NCBI GenBank assembly: GCA_964016885.1
Contig: OZ024740.1
Location: forward strand, 343,356,001 to 343,420,000
Reading direction: 5' to 3'
DNA from: Eledone cirrhosa
Taxonomy: Eukaryota
DNA: 64,000 nt
The translations under genes were made by a program, and so were the position numbers. Positions 39,320 through 55,237 of this stretch are shown here, piece by piece (positions within the stretch are counted from its first letter, which is position 1; each line of letters begins with the position of its first letter). The notes beneath the pieces were generated by a model, which made no database searches, was not told where the DNA came from, and worked only from the letters and a program-made list of their open reading frames with translations.

Positions 39320-39727
39320 ATGGATTGGCAGTATCGGACAGCATGCTTTGTGACAGTGAGTTACACCCCTTTGCGTTGTGAGTTCAAATCCAGCCGAGGT
39401 TAGTTTTGCCTTTCATGCCTATGAGGTCGATAAAATAAAGTACCAGTAAAGCACATGGGTCGATTTAATCGACTTTCCCCTCCCCTCAAAAGTGTTGGCT
39501 TTGTGCCTAGATCAGAAACCATTATTTTAAATATGGCCGTGGATTGGCAGTATCGGTAGAGGGTCGGACGCCATGCTTTGACGCATAGAGTTACGGCCCT
39601 TGCCATTCTGAGTTCAAATCCCGCCGAGGTTAACTCTGCCTTTCATCCTTACGGGGTCGATAAAATAAAGTACCAGTAATACACTGGGTTATTGCTGGCC
39701 TTGTGCCTAACGTAGAAACAATTATTT
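39320..39727 (+). mobile_element. Tandem S1-type SINEs (older 39320-39527, young 39535-39727)
   Basis: Two S1 bodies. TTATTTTAA(A)TATG-like site repeated at the junctions. Confidence 0.85.
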
Positions 39728-40522
39728 TAATATGGCGGACTTTTTTAGCACGGTTATAATTAAATTTTACATTTGTAGATGTTTTTTAAACGTACAATGG
39801 TTTATCTTTGCGGGAAAACTGCCATTAACCATCAGATAATGATAATAAAGCTAGAATATGAAATAAAAATCTCAGTTTGCCTCGTAGCACCCTAAATTTT
39901 GCCGCGACACCATACATTAGGAAGTCCTGCTCTATAGCTCTCACCACATTTTTTCTAATGGTTTTATTGAACCACTTGCTTTTACTCATATATTCTTTTA
40001 TTCTGTTCCCTTTATTCGACTGTGACATGCTGCAAGAACGCCTTTAAGGTTACAATTGATTATATCGACCCGAATAATTGACTGGCACTTCATTTTATTC
40101 ACCCATGAAGAAAGAAAAGCAAAATTGACCTAGTTAAGATTTGATTTCAGAACGTTGAGAGTAAAATATAAATAAACATCGAAATGTATATATTCTGCTT
40201 TCATATTCTATTTTCCGCTATATAGCAAATAAACCCAAACCTGTTTAGTCTGTTTACCGTGTACCGCTAATTAGATGCTGTAACAACATACGATTAGCTG
40301 ACAAGGGAATATAAAACAAAAATTAATTACTCGAACTAATTAATAAACCGACGAGTTAATTAATTAACTAATTAATTAATTAAACTCTTGCTATCAACTT
40401 TAATCAATGCACTGTTTGTGTGCAATTGGAACTCTAATTACAGAAAACAAAATAAAGCATAAATGAAAACTGTCTGGTTTATCTAACAAATATTTCGAGA
40501 GCGGCATCAAGTTGTTGCGTGA

Positions 40523-40582
<60 letters not shown>

Positions 40583-40900
40583 GACTACTGCTACTGTCGA
40601 TATATGCGTTCATATTGCTTTTTCGGATTGAGGTATAAGGCCAGCAATTTGGAAATGAGAAAATTGATTAAATTGACTCCAGAACTTCACTGGTATATTA
40701 TGTTTTATCAACGCAGAAAAGATGAAAGGAAAACTTGACCTTGGTGAAATTTCACCTCAGACAGAGATTCGTAATTAAATCTTTAGACCCGAGTGGATAA
40801 AGTTTTCACCTTTTACAAAAGATTCTTAATTAAATACCGCAAAGCATTTTGTTCGATTCTCTAACATTTCTGCCTAACTGCTGCCATGATGTTAGCTTTA

Positions 40901-41092
40901 ATAATGGTTTCTACTTTTGGCACAAGGCCAGCAATTATCCCAGTGCTTTACTGGTGCTTTATTTTATCGACCCCGTAAGGATGAAAGGCAAAATTAACCT
41001 CGGCGGGATTTGAACTCAGACCATAAAGGGGCGTAACTCTATGCTGAAAAGCATGGCGTCCAACCCTCTACCGATTCTGCCAATCCACCGCC
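40901..41092 (-). mobile_element. SINE family S1 with TSD
   Basis: ATGTTAGC.TTAATAAT duplicated at 40889-40905 and 41094-41110. Confidence 0.88.
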
Positions 41093-42329
41093 TATGTTAG
41101 CGTTAATAATGGTTTCTGATTTAGTCACGAGACCAGCAATAAGAGGGAATTGACTAGCATTATATTCTATTGACTCTGAAAAGATGACCCAGACCGGAGT
41201 TGAATTCAGAACGTAAAGGGCCGTGGCTAAATGCTACTTGGCTTTTATTCGATGCTCTATTGATTCTGCAAAAAGATAATCTTTATTAGTTCTAATATTG
41301 TTACTGATACTAGACTGTATATCGGCAAAATTAGTAAAGTAACGAACAAAATGCATACGTTATTTAGTTGTGCCACCTCTTTATATTCACGTCCAACAGA
41401 GGTCAAATTTCCCTTTCATCTTCCTGTGTTTGATAAAGTAAAGTACCTGTTATAATTGACTATATACCTTCCTCGAATTTGTCTATGTAAGAAATTAATA
41501 TGTAAGAAATTAATAATCTAAGACGGTAGAGTAATGGGAAAATCTAAGTCAAAGTCTGTTACGATCCCAGGGACACATTATATCTGTGCCTATCCCGCTA
41601 ATATTCCATGTTTTGACATATGTAGGTATTAGGAACATCCTCCACTTATGACTATACATAAAGCAAATGTCAAGGTATACAGACAGGATTCAAACAGAAG
41701 TAGATAGGACTATTCAATGAGTCTATTGAGCTTTTTGACCAAAATCTGATATTTTTGTAAGAAATAAAAAAAAAATGATGCAATAAAATAGAACTTGCTT
41801 ACACAGGTTTCTGACTTATATACAATTACACTTTCCTGTCTATGTCTATTTAATTTATATTCTGTTTACTCATTTATTTTCGTACATATCTAGGTTCGAT
41901 GTGGATGATGGATCGACGGTCTGAACAATCTGGGAATCGCTGGCTTAATGACTGGAATCAGGAAAAGACAAAAGGCATACAGAGTAATCACATCAATAGT
42001 ATTTTTAATACTCTCTGTAAATCCTTCTTACGGATGACGTAGTAAACTGTCATGAGTTCATCTCATGTGAGAGGACAATATATTGATAAAACTGTGTGGT
42101 GACTGCTGATTACAGGCATATTGCAATTAACAGAAAAGTGATGTAATGGATGTTTTCTCATGTATCTTGACGGTTTAAGAGGCTCACTGTCTCCTTTGTT
42201 CTTTGAGTACCTTCTAACAGTTCCTCGTTCTTGGATTTCAAATGCATAACATTCAAACATTCAAAATACGATATGTACGGATATACGACGTCGATCTGTT
42301 TATCAATCAATCAATTCATCTACTTATGA

Positions 42330-42398
<69 letters not shown>

Positions 42399-42799
42399 CT
42401 CGATTTACTCAATCTATCTATCTATCTATCTATCTATTTATTTTCAGAAATCGATCTATGTACTCTAGCTTCACCTAACCCATTTACCGTCTAATCAACC
42501 ATTATTACCTTACCAGAATATATATTCTCTATATCTTACATTCCCTTCAGCTACACCTTTTCTTTCTATCCAGTTCTTTCAATATCTTTTGTCAATCATT
42601 CACAATAACCATTATTCTTCAATTATCAATTATTTTTTCATTCTTCTCGTGTCATATTTTTTCTTTATTCTCCTTCCTTCTTTCATTCAATCTTTCCTTT
42701 TCCTTCTATTTTCTGTGATTCCCCTTCTTATTTCCAAAAAACTGCGCAATGTTTAATTTTGTTTTATACTCACTATTTCCTACACCCGCGTATTTATGC

Positions 42800-42869
42800 A
42801 CGCACGTATACACACACATACACACGTATACACATACACACATATACATACATACATATACATACATAC

Positions 42870-42922
<53 letters not shown>

Positions 42923-42943
42923 CATATATATATAGGTATATAC

Positions 42944-43002
<59 letters not shown>

Positions 43003-43060
43003 ATATATATACACATACATATATATATAGATATATACATATATATGCATATATATATAC

Positions 43061-43109
<49 letters not shown>

Positions 43110-43158
43110 CATATATATATACATATATATATACATATATATATACATATATATATAC

Positions 43159-43203
<45 letters not shown>

Positions 43204-43215
43204 TACGTATACATT

Positions 43216-43247
<32 letters not shown>

Positions 43248-43284
43248 CATATATATACATATATATACATATATATATATATAC

Positions 43285-43340
<56 letters not shown>

Positions 43341-43349
43341 ATATTTATA

Positions 43350-43384
<35 letters not shown>

Positions 43385-43550
43385 GTTTATATATATGTAT
43401 ATATATATGTATATATATATATGTATATATATATGTATATATATATATGTATATATGCATATATATATATATATACGTATATATACATATATATATATAT
43501 ACACATATTTATATTTATACACGCATACATATTTATATATGTATATGTGT

Positions 43551-43595
<45 letters not shown>

Positions 43596-43619
43596 CATAT
43601 ATACATATATATATATATG

Positions 43620-43713
<94 letters not shown>

Positions 43714-43765
43714 CATATATGTATATATATACATATATACAGACACACAGAAACACACATATATA

Positions 43766-43813
<48 letters not shown>

Positions 43814-43860
43814 CATACATACATACATACATACACACACACATATATATATATATATGT
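42800..43860. repeat. ~1 kb compound (TA/CA/TG)n microsatellite
   Basis: Source of the many poly-YI ORFs. Confidence 0.95.
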
Positions 43861-45569
43861 AACACCAAGTAGTGCATATTGAAGTAAGTAACCAACAACC
43901 ACCACTTCATTTCTCACATTTTCACTCAATTTCTTCTTTCAATTTCTTTTCCTCATTTTTTTGCCCAATTCCCTTCGTCTTTCTACAGCTCCCAATTCCT
44001 TACCATAACCACTCATCCCCCGCTCTATATAATTCCAGCGTTTTTTTACTTGTATTGTTGTATTTTTCATTTACTCTCGACCCTGTCACCCATTCAGCGT
44101 TCGATTCTAGTTTCAAGTAGGTGCTCCTTTCTTGTAATGAAAATAATTCAGTTTGTCCACTTCTATTTCGCCTATCAGTTTCTCTTTCTGACAATCTGTC
44201 TGTATTTACATTTTTGCTATTTATTATTTTATGTTTGAGGCATAAACACGGGCGCGCGCACACACACACGCACGCACACATACACAACCAAACAAACAAT
44301 TACCTCTAGCATATATAACTACACACAGATATACATACATACATACATACATACATACATACATACATGACATGCATCAAAGCACACATACATATATAAA
44401 TACGTAAATACTTTCATACATGTATACATACATATGCAATGATATTTTTTCGATTTTATTCACTATTGTTTTTAGTTGTATTCAAGTATCTTCGCTGATG
44501 TATATATGATTATGTGATAATATATTTATATATATATACAGACATACGCAAACACACACCCACACCCACATACATTACACATACACACAGACACACACAC
44601 ATTATACATATATACATGTATGTGTGTGTGTATGTGTGTGTGTTATTTATGGTTACGAACGTTGATAATGACAAACTTTACGATAATGATGTCATTGACG
44701 GTTAAAAACTTTACATGGTCATTTCTAATCTTTACTATGATGGTTGCTATTCACCCATCATAGAGGTGTCATTTCTCTAATGAACTCCTCAATCAAGAAA
44801 ATTCAAACTATTTACAATTGATAGGTAATGACTAACACCTATAATTCATGTTGTGTGGAAGGAAGGTTCTATAAATCATGACGGAGTCGTAGGGCAATTA
44901 AATCTGACGGATCTCATCCCTTTCCACGTCTGAACAGAGTCGATGTCTTCTAGAGATGATGGAGAGAGAGGGAGAGAAAGAGATGGGGTAGAGAGGGAGG
45001 GAGAGAATGTATATAGAGGAAATATCGACCTCATTATTGGACTGGTACTTTCACTCGAAAGACAAAGCTAACCTCGGCAGGATTTGAACCAAGAGCGCTG
45101 AGAGATGGAACGAATAACACAAAGCGTTCTATTCGACGTTCTAATGACTCAATTCACTGCTTATCACTCTGTGTGCAGATCCAACAAATGATATGAATAC
45201 TTTTTTAAAGCAATAAAAAACAAAAATATCTTTAAAAATGTAAATAAATATAAATAAGGGCGGTGCCACAGCATGGCTTCAGCTGGATGGCTGGAACAGG
45301 TAAAAGAGTAAAAGAGTAAATAAATACGTTTAGCGACAGTGCTCATATAGAAAATAAGACATTTATCCTTGTATGCCATGCTGGGAAAGACTGCGGTCTC
45401 TTGGCAAGTCATTAGAAAGTAGAATAAAAATTAACTGTGATTTGAGTTCAAAACTGAACACCAGCCCAACACAGTGGATTGGAGAAATTATTAGAGGGGA
45501 AGACGATATCTGTTGCACAATTTGTTTCTGCACTGAGGGCGGTCGATTTCCTCTATCGATAGAGCGTCG

Positions 45570-45742
45570 AGGCATAGAGTTACGGGTTTTACGTTATATG
45601 TTCAAATCACGCTGAGGTTAGCGTTGTCTTTCATCCTACGGGGTCGATAAAATAAAGTACCAGTAACGAACTGGGGTCGATTTTATCGACTCTCCCCTTC
45701 TTCCAAAATCGTTGGCCTTGTGCCTAAATCAGAAACCATTAT
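45570..45742 (+). mobile_element. S1-type SINE, older subtype
   Basis: S1 body and tail recognisable; head decayed. Confidence 0.7.
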
Positions 45743-46222
45743 TTAGCTAAGGCCACTTTGTTGAGGGCATTCGGACCAATTCTCCGGGAAGAGGATACCT
45801 TCCAAACTCCCTTTCTCCACATATGTCTTAAAGCCCGTGAAAAGATTTTGGAACACTCCCTCCCCTCCCTGACAAAACATTGAAAAATAAAAACGATCTG
45901 TAAAGCTCAATGAGATATTCGAAAACAAAACAAACAAACAAAACAAAAGGCTAGCAACCAATAAAAAAGAAAAAGTGACGTCAGAATACTAATGGCACAA
46001 CTGATGGGGGAAGAAAGTGCATATACTGTGATTATCTCGGGGAGGCGTGCGACTTTGTGGTTAGGGTGTTCGACTTCATGATCATAAGTTCGTGAGCTCG
46101 ATTCCTGGCAGTGCTGTGTGTTCATAGGTAACACATTGTATTTCATGTTTATTCAATTCAATTAGTTGGATAAAATAAGTTGTACCTGTAATACAATGGA
46201 CCAGTCTTCTCACACATTAGCA

Positions 46223-46417
46223 GGGCAATGGATTGGCAGTATCGGTAGAGGGTCGGACGCCATGCTTTGCATCATAGAGTTGCATCCCTTTACAGTCTGA
46301 TTTCAAATCCCGCCGAGGTTAACAAGGCCTTTCATCCTTACGGGATCGATAAAATAAAGTACCAGTAATGCACTGGGATAATTGCTGGCCTTGTGCGAAA
46401 AGTAGAAACAATTATTA
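46223..46417 (+). mobile_element. SINE family S1 nested in an older SINE (46045-46520)
   Basis: S1 sequence interrupts a decayed tRNA-head SINE similar to 6395-6670. Confidence 0.8.
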
Positions 46418-46751
46418 GATGCTGAGGACTACTATAAGGGTACACGTGTCTATGGAATCCTCAACCGCTTGCAGGTTAATTCCACGAGGAGTCTGCTCTG
46501 TTGATCGAACAACTAGAAGAAAAATCTGCAAACGCAATTTAAATTTGAGCTTGTGAAGCAGCATGTCGTTTGACGGTCATACTCGCTGTACAACCTTCAA
46601 AATACGATTGACTGGACGACAATGAAGACTAGGTAGGAATAAATTACACGCACAATACATAAACACACACGCAATCACACCATTACTTATGTGCTTATAG
46701 TAAACCGTATGTGTGTATGTGTCTACATACATTTATACATATATATATATG

Positions 46752-46827
<76 letters not shown>

Positions 46828-47381
46828 GTATATATACATATATATGTATATATACATATATATGTAAGTATATACATATATATGTGTGTATATAAATACA
46901 TATATATATATACATATATGCAACACACACACACACACACATATATATATAAGTATAAACATATATATGTGTATATAAATACATATACATACCTATATAT
47001 AAATGTGCAACATATACATACACACACACACACACATATATATATGTACATGTAGATACAGATATACATACATACATATATATATGTTTGTATACATATA
47101 TACATATATACATATATACATATATGTATATATGTATATATACATATACAACATATACACCTATATGCATCTGTATACATATGTGTATGTAGAACTTCCT
47201 GTATCCTAGAAAGTTCCTTCATATTTATGGGTTCATATGAAATCCCTATTACAAACTTTCAACATATATTCAAAGAACATAAAAGAGGAAAGCCATAAAT
47301 TCTATCAAAAGCGAATTTTACTTTATTACAAAGAAGACAAAGAAGAATTAACATCACGCAACACACACACACACACACACA

Positions 47382-47432
<51 letters not shown>

Positions 47433-47634
47433 GTGTCTGTGTATATGTGTATGCGTGTTTTAGAATGTTCACATATAAAATGTTACAGTCAATCTGAACG
47501 ACTAATCTCATAAACATATACTTTTATATATGCGTATATGTGTCCGCGTGTTTGTCTGTGGATATCTGTGTGTTTGTATGTATGCATATAGATATGTATA
47601 TGTATAAATATATATACTATATATATGCATATTT

Positions 47635-47801
<167 letters not shown>

Positions 47802-48185
47802 TTATATATATAAATATATATATATATAAATATGTGTGTGTATTATCAACTAAAAAGAACAAACTATACAATACGATGATGGTATATTAGTTTAACGCTT
47901 GTAAAGTTAGTAAATTGTCTTAACGTTTCGGAAGATTTAATGAGAGAAAAAAGAGATGATTTTATATATATATATATGTATACACACACATACATTTATA
48001 TATTTCCATACACACACGTATATATATGGGCCTTCCAGTTTCATTTCACATTATATACATGTCTGTGTATATTTTAATTATTTGAAAATCATTTTTAAGT
48101 GAACAAGATTTTTAAAAAATGTTTTGAAGTGAACGTGTCACGGGTGGTCTAGTATAAAATAAAATTAGAATTTTATTTCTCGTCC

Positions 48186-48580
48186 TGCTAATCTGTTGAA
48201 CGGTTGAAAATATATAGTATTTTCTTAAGTACACATCGGCTGTGTATATATATGTACGTGTGCACACTTGCATTTATGTATCAGCTGTGTTAGCGTGAGA
48301 AATAAATTCTGATTTTATTTTAAATATTCGGCAAGGCCAGCAGTAACTCGCATGGTATGCAAATGAGGCTACACAGCCGATGTGTACTTAAGAAAATACT
48401 ATATATTTTAAACCGTTCAACAGACTGGTAGAGATATACAGTCCAGATGAAAGAAACATGTTGATTGTTCTTTAAAGCCAGTGTTGAACAAACAAATGAC
48501 GATTGGTCACCGGCACGGCACAGTTTACAAACGAATTGAACATTATTATTAATGTTAGATATAACCCATACGTACACATG
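48186..48580 (+). mobile_element. Old R1-related copy with inverted 5' piece and HHR remnant (48438-48468)
   Basis: ~48186-48246 is the reverse complement of ~48370-48430. ACAGTC-CAGATGA-AA-GAAA-CATG-TT-GATTGT, with stem II deleted. Confidence 0.65.
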
Positions 48581-48714
48581 TATATGTATATATGTGTGTG
48601 TATCGATGTATATATATATGTGTACGTGTGCATACTTACATATGTGTGTGTGTGTGTGTACGAAAAAGGAATAGAGATAGATAGATAGATACACAGATAG
48701 ATAGATAGATAGAT

Positions 48715-48787
<73 letters not shown>

Positions 48788-48933
48788 AATCGTTCAGTAC
48801 CATATGGGATTTTATGAAAAGATGATGTTTGCTAAATTGAAAAAGAATGAATTTGAATTCTAATAGAAAAATAAAGGACATTTAAAATAAAATACTATAT
48901 ATATATATATACATACACGCGTATATATAAATA

Positions 48934-49007
<74 letters not shown>

Positions 49008-49759
49008 CCAACAAAACATGGCTCCTTATTTAAATTTACAAATGTACAAATAAATGTTTTCTTCTTCTTGTCTCTCATACATTAATTGAAAAGAAAGAAA
49101 AACAAATTATTTGTTTAGAGAAGAAAGACCAATAAAAAATAGAAGAAAATGAAAAACTATAATCAATGTAAACATAAAAAATAAAACCAAGTGTATGCGG
49201 AAGAGAAACAAAAAAATGTTAATGTTGGAAAACTATAACAAAACGTTTAAAAAAATTAAGGAAAATCGACAGAATGAATCGCAAACGCAAACATGCAAAT
49301 ACACACAGAAATCTGAAAAAGTACAAATATATATGCACAAACAAACACTTTAGTAAACACGAACGAAATGAAATAAATAGCCAATCAATACGAAAGGAAA
49401 TTGTGTAGATTTACAAAATTTAGTCTGAAGCAAACATGCATTCGATAAATCGCACAAAACTGTTCTCTGTGCGTGAGTTGAATTCCGTTGTACAGTAGAA
49501 GTTAATGAAAAAAGAATAGAACAGAAAAGTCAGTAAAAAAAAAAAAGAGCGGGAGAAAACACTTTGACGACGAAGACGACGGTGATGATGGTGATGAAGA
49601 TGATGAGGAAGACAGAGAAGGGAATGAAGGGAGGTGGTGGGGAAGGAAAAAAAATTAAGAAAACATGTAGTGGCAGTAGCAAAAGACCACCGGATAAAAG
49701 CTATGTAGTGTAATATTTGGTTTCGTATCTCTCGCGTTCAAATCTAATGGTCAATATAT

Positions 49760-50165
49760 CTTCTTCTTCTTCTTCTTCTTCTTCTTCTTCTTCTTCTTCT
49801 TCTTCTTCTTCTTCTTCTTCTTCTTCTTCTTCCTGCGAGGGTCGTGGGGGAAGAGTCCTCAAACACTCCCTTCAGTTGGTTCTGTCAGAAGCAACTATCT
49901 CCAACTGATCCAGCTGGATCCCAAGCTCATGGATATTATCTAACCCTCTTACTCGAGGTATACCCCTGGGTCTCCTACCTCTTGGTTTTGCCCGTAAAAT
50001 TTGTCCAGCGATTCTTTCCCGAGACATTCTAATCACATGCCCATAGTATCGGAGCTGTGATTTCTCAATTCGGAGAAGTAGCAGCTCTACATGGAGTGAT
50101 TATCTGATCCCTTTATCGTGTAACGTTACACCAAAGACCTTTCGGAGGAATCCCATTTTGGCCAT
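49760..50165 (-). mobile_element. RTE-clade LINE 3' remnant with (AAG)n tail
   Basis: Minus frame LLRIEKSQLRYYGHVIRMSRERIAGQILRAKPRGRRPRG. Confidence 0.75.
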
Positions 50166-50934
50166 ACGACCGTATTCTTTTGGCTAGTTGTTAATCATGC
50201 ACTCAGAAAAACTTACATACGCAAAAGTGACTGGGACGCATAGTAATTATTTCATCGTATTTTTTTTTTAAACTCTCAACGGAAAGAAATTTACAAACCA
50301 CATTCTGAAACAGATTTTTCTACCCTTGAAATCTGTCGAAAGAAATCATCGTTGCCTATGCGAGAAATCTTCATTATATGTAGATACGTGTGGCAGCAAT
50401 GAGAGAGTGCCAGGTAAAATACTTTGCCGCTTTCTGTTACGTTTCTTTATGCTGTTTAGTTTTATCTCTCTGGATTCTATAAAATGATTAGCAGTCATAT
50501 TCTGCTCCATGATAGATATTATATCCTTTCTTTACAAATATGAGACCTTGGTAACACAAGTATACTGAGGTCGACTGAAATCTTTATATTCCACCACTAA
50601 TTATCTATGGATTGTATACTAAAGTAAGAAACTAAAGCGTTCTCATGACGAACGCATTAATGCAGGATAATTTTAAAAGATAGTAAGAAAACATACATCT
50701 TCATAATTGAATAATCAAAAGATACCAATTCATTTAGTTTATTGACATGATTTAAAAAAAAGAAACACCAGGAAGGCCATCTTCTTTTAAATATTCGTAG
50801 TATTTAGCAGAGACACCTTATTTTAGTATAAAATATATTTCGACACATTTGTAACACTGTGTTTGGGATTTAAGTTTGATTTCATTCATATATCAAATAT
50901 TACTCCCCCTCTCTCTCTATATATATATATATAT

Positions 50935-51009
<75 letters not shown>

Positions 51010-53275
51010 GGGGTGGGGTGGGGGTGGGGAGAGAAACTGCTGTCATATATGTTTAACAGACTCCATCTTAACTCATTTTTATCGAAATATAAAACCACAA
51101 AAGGCGTCAAGGAGGAGCTGCAACAAAAACTTTTACAGAAGGATAAAACTGAAAGTAAAATTCGAGTCGCTGTATCAAATGACATTCTATATTATTGTCT
51201 CGCATGCTTACACATGTTTTCAGTGATCAGAAATAATTTCACTGTTAAATCACTGAGGACAGAAAAGGAGTTACATACTTACAGCTGATGGTCATGTGAG
51301 GCTACATTCAAGACCAACTGAAATAGACAAAAGTACTAAAGCAAACCATTTCGTCATTCGATGCAAAGAATGACTTCGTAAAGTGCTCAACGCGTGAGTT
51401 ATATCAGTGGGAATTAAGACAAACACGAATTTCACAGAATACATTTTATCTCTTAAGCAAAGTGTAAAACCTATAAAAGCTCATTGAAAATTTACACAAA
51501 ATTACAAATAGTTTGCGGCAAAAGTCTGTAAATAATAAAAATTCGAAATTCTACATTAAATATAGTATAATTGTACAACAATTATTCATAAGTTTCTCTA
51601 GCAATAAGATCTGGCTTTGTATACATAAGAACACACACACATACACATACACACACATACATGCATGCATGATGGCTGCAAATTCTGTTAAGAGTATTGC
51701 AATCGCTTGTCAGATTACAGAAAATGGTGTACTTTTAGGCTACGGCCAGCAACACGAACCTGTAACAGATCCTTAACAAGCAATGTCTGTGCTTTGAAGG
51801 GTTTTTTAAGTGGGGAAAGGACTAAATACATGCATACATACATACATGCATTTATACATGCATACATCCAGACATACATACATGCATATGTATATATACA
51901 CACACATGTGTGTATGTGCATATATACATATAATACATATATACATACGCATAAACACACACGTATATGCATTTGTATGTATGCATGTTTTATGTGCGCA
52001 GTTTGTGTATATGTATGTGTATGTGTGAGAGAGTGTGTGTTTATTATTATTATGAAATGCTGCACTATAAAACTCTTTTTTCCTATTCTGTCAATATATA
52101 TATTTAGCAGAAACTTTTGGTTTGGTGTGTTGGTTGCCGTGATTGTAGTGTTTATTGAATTTGATGGTCAAATGTGTTGTGGTGTTGATGAAAAACGATC
52201 ACTCTCACGATGATTTGAGACAAACCAACACGGAAAGCCATACTGATAATTTTGATGTGTTTATTCGTTTTATGGTGTGTGTCGACAATATGTGCAATAT
52301 ATAACACAGCCAGAATACGTACAATATTTGATACAGCGGAGAATGTCTTGTTAACAGGTTACTAGATGTAGTGTTCAGAGAAAAAGGCATTTTGTTATGA
52401 TAAGTGGAATTTGTGAGTGAATGTGGAGACGTTGATTGAGATAAGGTAGATTTACTGGTCTGAGTACCTGACCCAGCTGTAGCAGGGTCTTAAGGACAAG
52501 CAACTACTACGTTTAAAGTTAAACTGTTGTTATTGGTGTACAAAGACATTTGCAAGTAAGGTTGGATTTAGACCTTGAGGGCTCTAGGGGGGGGGGGGGG
52601 CTCACACAGAAAATTAGAATACACAGCAAACCCTTCCCCCACGCCAATTTTACATATGAAGTTAGCTTGGCGCAAGTAATTGGAATTGAAAAGTTATACA
52701 AGTAGTATTAAAAAAAAAAAATCTAACCATCCTAAAACTAAAAAGCCCAGCTGAGGGCACAAATAAATTGCTACGGCCGTCACAAGTGCTCCCTCCCCCG
52801 CCACAATCTAGGAGGCTCGGAGCAATTGCCCCTTTTGCCCCCATTAAAATCGGCCCTGTTAGCAAGTATATCTCCAATGTGCAGTGTTGAGCGTCAAATG
52901 GGTCTGGGCGGTTGAGAGGAAACAGCTATTTCGTACTTTGAAGCCGGTGGAAAGTTGAAAGAAGAATATTTCATGAAATCCCAGATGAATCAATCGATGG
53001 CTATGGCCTTGTGTTTGTGTGGAAACCTGTGTAAAATGTTGAAATGAATGTTGTGTTTGCGCGCGACCGTGTGCGAGTGTGAGTGTGTGTCTCTGTGTGT
53101 GTGCGTGCGTGTGTGCACGCGCGTGAGTGTGTGTTGTGTATGTGTGTGTGTAAACATTAATAAAAAACATATTCAATGAAAGAGCAATAATAGAACAATG
53201 AGATATTAAAACATTGAAGGGATAAAATTGAAAACTAAAACAAGAAATACTCACACACCCACCCACACATATGCG

Positions 53276-53307
<32 letters not shown>

Positions 53308-53372
53308 TATGTGAGTGCACGTGCGTGCGTGTATGTGTTTATATGTATATATATATACACACATAAACACAT

Positions 53373-53454
<82 letters not shown>

Positions 53455-53863
53455 TTACATATACATATATATATACTTACATATACATATATACACGCAC
53501 ACACAAACACGTGTCTATGTACATACCTTTATGAGCTAAAACCCTGATGGTATTCACTTTTTCGTCTTACTTTCAAGAGTTCCTCTTAACTTACCAACAT
53601 TTACTCTATTTTAATCCACCCTCTTCAATTTATTGCCTCAGTTAATTCCCCATCTCATTTGCCAATCACGACATGAAACAATAGCGAAATATAAGAGCGT
53701 GCTTTTTTCAACAATTCGTATATATTATATATATATATATAATATATCCTAAACACAAAACAGAATTCCTCTACACGCACGCAAGCACGCACACAAGAAG
53801 GCACACATGGAAACAGATGCACACACGTATGTTTTCCTACACACACACACACACACACCCTCA

Positions 53864-53921
<58 letters not shown>

Positions 53922-53926
53922 ACTCA

Positions 53927-53961
<35 letters not shown>

Positions 53962-54474
53962 TTTATAAACAACAATCAAAGAGTGTTTTAAAACATTTAA
54001 TCACTAACGATCGTTTCATCCCAGCCCAAGGCCGGCTTTATCGGAGTATATATTAAAGGTTAAAAAACAAATAAACTTGTCAAAGAACATTTTGAGGATA
54101 CATAATATGGGAAGTAAGCATAAGTATTAACATTCATATAAGAGAATATGGCAAAGGTAAAAGAAGCATATGCAAAATATAAGCGTATAAATGCAAAAAA
54201 TGAAATTAGGAGCAGCCAAAAGCATTAAAAACTTTTAAAACATGCTGGAATGGAGGAATATGCTGCTATAAAGAAGTTAAGTATAGTGCAAGGCATATAT
54301 CACAATTAGTAAAGAAACATATATCATAAGCATTACAAAAGTTTATAAAAGCAAGTGCATAGATCCAATATAAATTTAAGAATAAAAAATACATCTCCAA
54401 AATATATTTTAATAAAAAGTTCGACTGCGTCTTTCAGTCATAAATATAAAGATAAGCTATTATTTTTCAAAGGT

Positions 54475-54910
54475 AATAATTGTTTCTACTTTTGGCACAA
54501 GGCCAGCAATTACCCAGTACATTACTGGTACTTTATTTTATCGACCCCGTAAGGATGAAAGGCAAAGTTGACCTCGGCGGGATTTTTAACTCGGAATGGA
54601 AAGGGCCGTAATTCTATGCGTCAAATCACGACGTCCGACCCTACCGATACTGCCAATGAGTGTAGTGATCAGAATAAACATCAAATATAGGTTATTTGTA
54701 TTATTATTATTAATCAAACCGGGGGATTGGCAGTATCGGTAGAGGGTCGGACGCCATGCTTTGACGCATAGAGTTACGGCCCTTGCCATTCTGAGTTCAA
54801 ATCCCGCCGAGGTTAACTTTGCCTTTCATCCTTACGGGGTCGATAAAATAAAGTACCAGTATTGCACTGGGTAATTGCTGGCCCTGTGCCAAAAGTAGAA
54901 ACAATTATTA
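54475..54910. mobile_element. Head-to-head pair of S1 SINEs (54475-54657 minus, 54721-54910 plus)
   Basis: Two S1 bodies in opposite orientation ~65 bp apart. AATCAAACC flanks the second. Confidence 0.85.
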
Positions 54911-55237
54911 TAAATCAAACCATTCAAAGGAATTAATGTTGAGTAAATATAACCAGCAAAGTAAAATCCAGTATAGAATAATTGCTATCATCGGAAAAAG
55001 CACCATATATTTGAATAGGGTGGAGAAAGTCTGATATACTAAGCATAAACAACTCCATCTTAACATAACCTTGTGCTTGGATGAAACGATCGTTAGTGAT
55101 TAAATGTTCTAAATCACTCTTTGATTGTTGTTTATAAAGTATTTCGGCTCTGTAACATACTTGTTATTTTACATTGAGCTATTCTCATACTTGTAATATT
55201 TAATATTACCCACATTTTATATATATATATATATATA

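Noticed and set aside
42706-43929. Long YI/IY, HT, CV, poly-T/V/S/L ORFs here and across the window
   Set aside because: They are translations of stop-free microsatellites, not genes.
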